Shown here: piece after piece, positions 9,654 to 16,867 of the stretch
Numbering within the stretch: the first letter of the stretch is position 1
Layout of the letters: every line of letters begins with the position of its first letter
Assembly: GCA_964463485.1 (NCBI GenBank)
Contig: CAYXDO010000014.1
Span: 34,063 to 98,062 of the forward strand
Length of the DNA stretch: 64,000 bases
Direction: 5' to 3'
Source of the DNA: an uncultured Myxococcales bacterium
GTDB taxonomy: Bacteria; Myxococcota; Kuafuiibacteriia; Kuafuiibacteriales; Kuafuiibacteriaceae
The notes under the pieces: model-generated
Database searches by the model: none
Told to the model about the DNA's origin: nothing
The model's input: the letters and a program-made list of their open reading frames with translations, nothing else
Made by a program: the position numbers and the translations under genes

Positions 9654-11165
9654 ATGGCAGAGCCTGCGTCCATGACGGGTGCGGATCTGGCTTGGCAGTC
9701 CACCATGGAGCGAATTCGGGACGTCACGGCGACTCAGAGTCACGTCACCTTTTTCGGAGAGCCCGGAAGTGGCCGCAAATTCGCCGCGACAACCCTCTGC
9801 GCCGAAATTCGGACAACTGACTCGGGCGCCAGCTTTCGATTCCTCGAGTGCCGCGGCCTCGCGGTCCAGGCGGCAACGGAAGCGCTCGCGGCCGGTGGCG
9901 AGCTCGTCGTGCTCGTGTTGGCTCACGCCGACGAGCTGCGCGAAGAGCCCGCGAGCGTGATCCTGTCACGGCTGGGTACGCTCGAGCTGGAGCCGACGGC
10001 CCGGCCGAAACTTCGCGTTGTTGCGACGGTTTCGAAGCTTGATCAGGGCCCCCTCTCGACGCTCGAGACTGTCGAAGTTGCCACGCCGAGCCTGGCCCAG
10101 CGAGAGGATCAGAGCTTCGACACGATCCGCAAGTACTGGCAGCTTTTTGGCGGTCAGGGCTCGAGCCCCTCACTGGCAGAGCTCCGATCGGGCAACTTAC
10201 GCGAGCTGAAGGTTCGGGCACGTCGGAGCCAAGACGCACCGACTCAGAGTCAGGCCGCCCGATCCGAAGGGCTAGATTCGCATCCGGCTACTCCTGCCGA
10301 GCGCTCCGTCGATTTGGAAGTCGCGGCACCGCTACGGGCCCTCCTTACCGGACCTCCTCGAGGGCAGCTACTCACCGATTGGTTCCGCGAAGGCAACCAC
10401 TCGAAAACGCCAATCGGTGTCCTCAACGGTCTCTTTAGGAAAGGCCCAGGCAAAACGGATCATTCGCTGTTGAAGCAATGCGTCGCAGAACAGGCCAAGC
10501 TCATCATGGACCGAAACGGGGGCCTCGATCCGTCACGACCCCTGGACCGACACCTCTTGCTTGGGCAACTGTTCGACAACTGGCCGACGTTTCGTCCTGG
10601 TGCGGACGGAGACATACGTGTTGGTTTCCTCATCTCCGAGGCGAGAGAGAGAAGGGAGGCGCGCGAGCTTTTGGCGCAAATTCCGGAGCTGATGAACGTC
10701 TTTCCTGAGTTGGCCCAACTCTACGGCTTCGTACCAACCGAGGTCGATTCCACAGACTATGATGACCCCGCAAAACTCGCAAAACTGTTGAAGAAGAGCG
10801 TCGACGGACTCGAGAAGATCGGATATCACGTGCATCAGAAGCGCGGCGACGCGGAGTACCCGACCCTCGAACACGACGCACTGTCAGCAATCGGCACAAT
10901 GTTGTCCAAAGGTGGCAACCTAGGCGCCCACTCGAACCTGCTCACAGATCATGAGATGAAAAGCGTCAATTTCGAATCTACTGAAGCCGGCTATCATCTC
11001 GCATGCAGCGAAGGCGAGGGCAAGCCGTGCGTCTTCGTCGTCCGCGCCGACTCGCTACCGGTTGCGAAGAAGTCGATGTTCTGGGTGCCACTCATCGTTC
11101 TCGTTCGAAAGACGGCCTTGCGTCGTGGCTCTATACCGGCCATGGATCAACTCCGCTTGCCATGA
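9654..11165 (+). CDS. Degenerate sigma-54-activator-like AAA+ domain protein (pseudo-bEBP), gene A of the insert operon
   Basis: Residues after MAEPASM align with a bEBP AAA+ core. HVTFFGEPGSGRKF matches VLVTGESGTGKE but with K->R at the Walker A lysine position. LVVLVLAHADEL matches TLFLDEIGDMSL with DE->AH. The GAFTGA loop is absent. VEVATPSLAQREDQSF matches I.lPPLReRxeDI. Listed ORF begins at 9354, but the first ~100 codons look like leader, so 9654 ATG is chosen (uncertain). Stop overlaps gene B start (ATGA at 11162-11165). Confidence 0.6.
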   Translation: MAEPASMTGADLAWQSTMERIRDVTATQSHVTFFGEPGSGRKFAATTLCAEIRTTDSGASFRFLECRGLAVQAATEALAAGGELVVLVLAHADELREEPASVILSRLGTLELEPTARPKLRVVATVSKLDQGPLSTLETVEVATPSLAQREDQSFDTIRKYWQLFGGQGSSPSLAELRSGNLRELKVRARRSQDAPTQSQAARSEGLDSHPATPAERSVDLEVAAPLRALLTGPPRGQLLTDWFREGNHSKTPIGVLNGLFRKGPGKTDHSLLKQCVAEQAKLIMDRNGGLDPSRPLDRHLLLGQLFDNWPTFRPGADGDIRVGFLISEARERREARELLAQIPELMNVFPELAQLYGFVPTEVDSTDYDDPAKLAKLLKKSVDGLEKIGYHVHQKRGDAEYPTLEHDALSAIGTMLSKGGNLGAHSNLLTDHEMKSVNFESTEAGYHLACSEGEGKPCVFVVRADSLPVAKKSMFWVPLIVLVRKTALRRGSIPAMDQLRLP

Positions 11166-14100
11166 CCGAGTCTCTCGAGCGTCAAGGCCTCGGGGGCCGC
11201 TCCGCCGAGGCAAATTGGCTGACTCACAAGCTCGGTCGCGCTCCCATCGTTTGGGTGACTGGCCCACGCGGTATCGGAAAAACGACGATCGTGGAGCTCA
11301 CGCTCCAGGCAGCGACCGGTGCGCACTGGATCTTCCTGGACGCGCGACATTTCACCAGGGCAGACGCGAAGGTCGAGCGTGCCTCGCTCCTCGAGGCGCT
11401 CGCCACGGCTGTACTCACCGAGCTCGAACAGCAAGTACATCTTCCTCCGGCCGCCTGGGCCGCGGACGGTCGTTGGAGGGCCTTCGTCGATCACGCGCTT
11501 CCGTGCCTTGGCAGCGCGACCTGGGTCTTCGCTCTGGACGAGACGGATGTTTGGTCCTCAAACGTTCTCGTCGAGGTTACGGCCGCGCTGCGAGGCGTCG
11601 CCAATCGGCTCCGGTACCCGAGTCGAGCGATGACATGGATTCTGATTCGAGGGGATCGTTGGGGTGAGGATCGGGCGGATCTCCCGCGTATGGCGGATCC
11701 CGTGCTCGAGGTCGGGCCGCTCGACTCGAGCGCGATCGTCGCGGTCTGTGCGAAGCTTGCGGACCAGGGAAAGAATGCGTCTGCCGAGGCTCTCGCACTC
11801 ATCGAGCAACTCACAGCTGGCTATCCGCTCGCCTTGGCCGCACTCGTCGAAGCGCTGAAGACCGTTGAGCCAGATGAATCCGGACAGGAAATCTGGCCGT
11901 ACCCACCTTCGTCTCTCCAACCGTGGGGAGTATGGCGGGCGCTCGAGCGCCTCGAGGCGCAGGCGATGGGTCACGGTTCTGCGTTGTCGAGGGGCGAGAG
12001 CTTCGAACGGATGGAACACGCGCTGCTCCAGGCCGATCCTCCGGCGCGCAAAATGCTTTTGACCGTCGCGACCGTCGAGCAGCTCGAGTGGACGGAGATT
12101 TCGCTCTTGGAGGCGCTCGAACGAGCTTGGCCGGAAGAGCTATGGAACAATCCGGAAAGTGTCTCCCTCTTCGAGTCCACACTCCGAGGACTCGTACGGA
12201 CTCACATGCTGGTGCGCGTCGGCGTCGATGGCGCGCGCCACGTCGTGCCGATGCTCGCGAGATTTTGTCTCGCGCTCGGGACTGCCAAAATTCGGGCCTG
12301 GGAGAGACCGCACCTTCACGAGGTTGACCTCTTGCTCCAAGAGGTCAACACCGCGACGACTGACGAGACGAGGACGGAGTTGCTCCGACGGGCGCTGGAC
12401 GCCGACGATAGTGATCCCCGGGCCCTCCTCGCTCTCGCGAGGATTTGTGCACGTGGTTCGGAGTCGACTCAAGCCGAGTCGTTGGGTGAGGCGCGGCGAC
12501 TCTATTCGCGGGCACTGCGGGTGCTGCCCCAGCGAGCGTCCGAGCGGCGAGGTGTCGAGAGCGAGCTGCTGCACGTGCTCCAGCGGCTCGTCGCAGCGGG
12601 CGCTCCGGAGGATGCGATCGGAGAGTTGGCGAGAGGTGATCCGTATTTTGCGGACGACTCTCGAACGGCGAGAGCGCTGCATTTGTGGCTCGAGCGGCGC
12701 TGGTCCCAGGCGTGGGAGACTCCTCCGCCCAAGGAGATCGACCTCGCCTCATCGCGGCATCGATGGGAACAGCGAGCGGAGGGTCTCTTCGTTACTCTCC
12801 CTGGACATCGAGAGTTCGTCGCCAGAGCCCTTGGGTCGCACCTGGCCACTTGGCCCAGCCCGGATCTCGAGTGGCTGAACGCGCTGCTGGCGATCATGCC
12901 CGATCTTCCGGCTGTCGACCTCGATCGAGCGCCTTCTCCCGTGCTGTGGTCGATGCTCTATTCGGCGTGGAACACTCGAGACCGACTGTTCACGCCGGCT
13001 GCGCATGCACTTTCGTCCAAGGACTGGCTTGCGTTGGTCCGCTGGTGTCCGGGCTCGGGCCCGGCCATCTCGGTGCTGACCCAGTATCTCGCCGAAACTG
13101 TCTCCGCACTGGGAGGGGCCGACGCCCTCGAATTCGGGCCGCTCCTTCTGTGGCTTAGGGAGCGCGACAAACCAATGGGCGACGCGGCCGTTTCCCATGT
13201 GCTCCGCTCGCTCAAGCGCCCTGCCGTCGGGCCTGTGAGTCGAGACGCGGTCCGGGCGTGGCGCGAGCTCGCTCCAGACCTCGAGCTGACCTCCCACGAT
13301 ACCGCCGATCAATTCAAGAAGACCTTCATCTCCGGTTGGCGCCAAATCAGCGAACCCGAGAAGCTGGACGGCGTGGAACATCGGTTGATCGAGCGCGACT
13401 CCGGACCCGAGCCACGTCCGCGAGCCCTCCATCGACTGTTTCCCTCTCAACAAGGGCTTGAGCTCGACTTGGCCGAGGCTTCGTTTGCACGTGAGCAGCG
13501 CCTGCTTGAATGGCTTGGCGACTCGCGAGTGAACGCGGTTCCTCGCCTCCTCGATACCGGCTCGTTGGTCGACGACTCTAACAACAAACTCGGCTTCTAC
13601 TCGGTCGTGTCCGAGCCTGCATCGGAGCGCGAGGCGACCTCGCTGCGCACGCTCATCCGAAGACAAACCTCGAACGGCCGCAGTGTGGCCAGCCTCAGCC
13701 GAAGCTCCTTCTGGCACATGATCGCCTCGCTCTTCGAGGCTTTGAGCCACATGCACCAGAGGGCCGTGTTTCATCGATCCGCGCGGCCCGACTACGTCCG
13801 TGTGAGTCTTCCCGAAGATCCGAAGCGCGAGCCCTGGCGGGTGACCTTGATCGGCATGGAATGGAGCTATTACCTCCGGAACCCAACGGGTATGGGTGCC
13901 TATCCGCGTCGACGCCTGGACTACTCGCTCGCCCCAGAGACTCTTTCAGCTCCGTACGGCGAGACTTTCGGCACCGACCTCTTTTCGATGGGCGTACTCA
14001 TCGCTGAATGCCTCGCGTCCGATCGGCTCGACCTCGGCCCGTTCGCTGAAGGTGAGTACAGCCGCGCAACCCAGATCAGGCACATAGAAGCTTGGCTGAG

Positions 14101-16867
14101 CAAGCTCGAGCACGAATCGAGCTCGGTCCGCGCCTTCGTGCGCTGGCTCCTGTCCATCGAGCCAAAGGACCGCCCCAGCGCCGCCGTCGCCCGCCTCGAG
14201 GCCCAACGCCAAGCCCTCGACCCCAAAGAGCTCGGAGCCTTACCGATTTTCGCGCACCTCGGAGGCTCAGATCCCCTGGCGAGCAGCGCGACGCTTCCTC
14301 ACTGGCTGCGCGACCGTGCCGAGTGGATCGACCAGATCCCCTTCGACGAGCCCAACACCTGGCGGAGACTCTTCCGCAGACAACTCTGCCAGGAGCTTGC
14401 AGGCGCCTCCATTTTTGTGAACTCGATCGGCCTCGCCCAGCGAGCTCTCGATGGTCCCGAGGCCCCCGAAAAATGGCCCTTGTTTCTGATGAGCAAGAGC
14501 GGCCTGGAATTCCGGCTGGGAAAGGCGTCCCTCGAGCTCGAAGGCGAGCCCCGCAGGCAGAGAGAGTCGGGGGCGTTTCTCGAGGTCGCGCGCCGATTTG
14601 AGGGCGACTCTCCCTTTGGTCCTCCCATCGGACAGCTCCCAGAAGCCGGTGACATCCGGTTTTTCGCGATAGACGAGGTCGACTCGCTCCAAGGAGTCGA
14701 CAGTGAGTCGTATGAGATTCTCCGAAGCCGTGATCGTGGCTGGGCGCCGCTGTTCGAGTCCGCCGAGCAAGCACTGAAGGCCGAGCAGACCGAGACTTCG
14801 ATCGTGCAGAGGCGACTGGCCCTCCATGCCATGCTCAACCTCGCCAACGAAGCCGAGTACGAGCTCGTCGGAGGAGAAATCGAATACGTTCGAGTAGAGG
14901 ACCCTGCTTTCCCGAACATGCTCCTCGTTCGTGAGCCATCGGCGGCAAGTGCGTCCGCCTCGAGCGCGCCCAGCCCCCTCCAGCGTATTTTCGCCGCTTG
15001 GACCGATGTGGATCCCGTGGTGGAGGTGGCCTCCAAACAGGGCGCGCGAGCCATCACCGAGATTCCTTTTCCCGACCCATCCCTCGCCATCGGACCCAAT
15101 GGCACCGTGGCCCTCGCTGGCATGAAGTTCGGCCTGAGTCCGGCACGGTGGAGCCTGATACCGCCTATGGGCGTGCTGCGAAGCCCGGTCGCCGAGTTGG
15201 CGCTGAGCTTGTTTCGCCGACGCCGTCGGGTCCTACGAGAGCTGCTCGACCAGCCGAACGTCCTCGATGCGTTGGCCGATCCCACAAACTCGTCCCGCGT
15301 GGTGCCTGGCTTGCGAAAACCGTTCGAGTATCCAGGTCTCGACGACGACAAGAAAGCCTGTCTGCGGCAAATGGACGAAGTCCGGCCCCTGCTGGCCGTA
15401 CGCGGGCCTCCCGGTACCGGCAAGACTCAGCTAAGCCTGGCCACTCTCCATCGCGAGCTGAATCGAAATCCCCACGCCCGAATCGCTGTGGTCGCGCCTA
15501 CTCACGACGCTCTCGATCACTTGCTCGAGAGCTTTCTGGCCTCCTCGGATCGGGGACCGGCTTTCGAGAGGCGAGTTTTGTCCGCGACCGTCGTCCGGAT
15601 TCCTTCTGGCAAGCGTCCTCTCGACCAATATCCTGCGACCGTCAAAACCAAGTTACCCTCGGTGCAGGCGGAGGAGCTTTACCGCAGGCTGCGAGGCTGG
15701 ATCGACGGATCTCGAGCTCGACCTCACTCACCCGCCGGGCAACTCGCCTCCGCGGTCGAGGCGGAGTTGAAGCTCCTCGGCGGCACCAGCGAAGATCCGA
15801 CCAGCGGGCTGGCCGCCTGGTTGGCTGACTCGGCGAACGTCCTGTTGGCGACGGCCAACTCCGGTCCCATTGCGCGAGTTGCGCCTGACAGCTTCGACCT
15901 CTTGATCGCAGAGGAGTCCGGAAAATGTGGAGCCGTCGAGCTCGCCGGAGCCATGCGTGTCGCGCCGAGGTGGCTCATGATCGGTGACGAGCGCCAACTC
16001 CCGGCCTTTGGCCTTCAAGACGTCGAGGACAAAGTCTTCGACTCGATCAACGCGGCGTCGGAGGCAGGGTCGAGCCAGATACCTTCTCCGGTCGATACGT
16101 TGAACCTGTTCGGTCACGTCATTGCGCAGGAGGGGCCCCACACGCAAACGCTCACACACGCTTGGCGATTCCATCCAAAGCTCCTTGCCGTCGTCGCTTC
16201 GTTCTATGATGACAAAGCGACACTCATCCCCGGCGACGTCGACCTAGCCAGGAGGAAGACTCATGAGCTCCGTGCTTCTCGTCTTGGCAAGAATCTGAAG
16301 GATAATCTGAAGGATAAGCAGCTCGTCTGGGTCGATTTCGAAAACAGTGAGGCCTATCGGGAGCGCCGGGAGCTGGGCGGGGGAATTCACAATGAAGCCG
16401 AACGCCGAGCGATCGTAGGCTTCCTACGTGCCCTGGACGCACGGTGCGCCCAGCCTCGACTCACGGTGTTATCGTTCTACAAGCGACAGGTCGAGCACCT
16501 TCGAGGATTGCTCGCAAACCAGGTGAATACCTTCGATGTCTTTGGAAAGCGCGGGATTGAAGACTTCGTGTCGACGGTCGACTCCTTTCAGGGTCGCCAA
16601 GCCCCGGTCGTCTTGCTGAGTATGTGCCGCAACAACACCGAAACCGAGGCCTCACGACGTTTTGGGTTCCTGACGGACCGACGACGCGGAAACGTGGCCT
16701 TCTCGAGGGCGGAGAGTCTTCTCGTGATCTTCGGATGCCGCGCCCATTTCGCGGAGCTGAAGTGGGTCAAAGACCAAGTTCTGAGTCGGGTCCAGCTCTT
16801 CCTCAAGGCCTCGGATATCTTGAGTGATTCCGAGACATCCAAGCTCATGGAGAGCGTCGGGCCGTGA
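11162..16867 (+). CDS. Giant (1901 aa) multidomain protein: N-terminal STAND/AAA-type P-loop NTPase + helical/TPR-like region + degenerate Ser/Thr protein-kinase-like domain (pseudokinase) + C-terminal Upf1-like SF1 helicase (COG1112-type). Gene B.
   Basis: Walker A VWVTGPRGIGKTTIVEL and Walker B WVFALDETDVW. Kinase-like segment HMHQRAVFHRSARPDYVRV (HRD->HRS), TLIGMEWS (DFG->LIG), YSLAPETL (APE), DLFSMGVLIAECL, EPKDRPS, with no VAIK Lys. Helicase motifs LAVRGPPGTGKTQ (I), VLLATANSG, FDLLIAEESGKCG (II-like), WLMIGDERQLPAF (III), VDSFQGRQAPVVLLS (V), NVAFSRAESLLVIFG (VI). Start chosen at ATG 11162 overlapping the gene A stop (listed ORF starts upstream at 11003 inside gene A). Confidence 0.85.
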   Translation: MTESLERQGLGGRSAEANWLTHKLGRAPIVWVTGPRGIGKTTIVELTLQAATGAHWIFLDARHFTRADAKVERASLLEALATAVLTELEQQVHLPPAAWAADGRWRAFVDHALPCLGSATWVFALDETDVWSSNVLVEVTAALRGVANRLRYPSRAMTWILIRGDRWGEDRADLPRMADPVLEVGPLDSSAIVAVCAKLADQGKNASAEALALIEQLTAGYPLALAALVEALKTVEPDESGQEIWPYPPSSLQPWGVWRALERLEAQAMGHGSALSRGESFERMEHALLQADPPARKMLLTVATVEQLEWTEISLLEALERAWPEELWNNPESVSLFESTLRGLVRTHMLVRVGVDGARHVVPMLARFCLALGTAKIRAWERPHLHEVDLLLQEVNTATTDETRTELLRRALDADDSDPRALLALARICARGSESTQAESLGEARRLYSRALRVLPQRASERRGVESELLHVLQRLVAAGAPEDAIGELARGDPYFADDSRTARALHLWLERRWSQAWETPPPKEIDLASSRHRWEQRAEGLFVTLPGHREFVARALGSHLATWPSPDLEWLNALLAIMPDLPAVDLDRAPSPVLWSMLYSAWNTRDRLFTPAAHALSSKDWLALVRWCPGSGPAISVLTQYLAETVSALGGADALEFGPLLLWLRERDKPMGDAAVSHVLRSLKRPAVGPVSRDAVRAWRELAPDLELTSHDTADQFKKTFISGWRQISEPEKLDGVEHRLIERDSGPEPRPRALHRLFPSQQGLELDLAEASFAREQRLLEWLGDSRVNAVPRLLDTGSLVDDSNNKLGFYSVVSEPASEREATSLRTLIRRQTSNGRSVASLSRSSFWHMIASLFEALSHMHQRAVFHRSARPDYVRVSLPEDPKREPWRVTLIGMEWSYYLRNPTGMGAYPRRRLDYSLAPETLSAPYGETFGTDLFSMGVLIAECLASDRLDLGPFAEGEYSRATQIRHIEAWLSKLEHESSSVRAFVRWLLSIEPKDRPSAAVARLEAQRQALDPKELGALPIFAHLGGSDPLASSATLPHWLRDRAEWIDQIPFDEPNTWRRLFRRQLCQELAGASIFVNSIGLAQRALDGPEAPEKWPLFLMSKSGLEFRLGKASLELEGEPRRQRESGAFLEVARRFEGDSPFGPPIGQLPEAGDIRFFAIDEVDSLQGVDSESYEILRSRDRGWAPLFESAEQALKAEQTETSIVQRRLALHAMLNLANEAEYELVGGEIEYVRVEDPAFPNMLLVREPSAASASASSAPSPLQRIFAAWTDVDPVVEVASKQGARAITEIPFPDPSLAIGPNGTVALAGMKFGLSPARWSLIPPMGVLRSPVAELALSLFRRRRRVLRELLDQPNVLDALADPTNSSRVVPGLRKPFEYPGLDDDKKACLRQMDEVRPLLAVRGPPGTGKTQLSLATLHRELNRNPHARIAVVAPTHDALDHLLESFLASSDRGPAFERRVLSATVVRIPSGKRPLDQYPATVKTKLPSVQAEELYRRLRGWIDGSRARPHSPAGQLASAVEAELKLLGGTSEDPTSGLAAWLADSANVLLATANSGPIARVAPDSFDLLIAEESGKCGAVELAGAMRVAPRWLMIGDERQLPAFGLQDVEDKVFDSINAASEAGSSQIPSPVDTLNLFGHVIAQEGPHTQTLTHAWRFHPKLLAVVASFYDDKATLIPGDVDLARRKTHELRASRLGKNLKDNLKDKQLVWVDFENSEAYRERRELGGGIHNEAERRAIVGFLRALDARCAQPRLTVLSFYKRQVEHLRGLLANQVNTFDVFGKRGIEDFVSTVDSFQGRQAPVVLLSMCRNNTETEASRRFGFLTDRRRGNVAFSRAESLLVIFGCRAHFAELKWVKDQVLSRVQLFLKASDILSDSETSKLMESVGP

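Noticed and set aside
11003-11161. Listed start of gene B at 11003
   Set aside because: It would overlap gene A by 160 nt in another frame. The ATG at 11162 forms a canonical ATGA coupling with the gene A stop, and the P-loop follows ~25 aa later.
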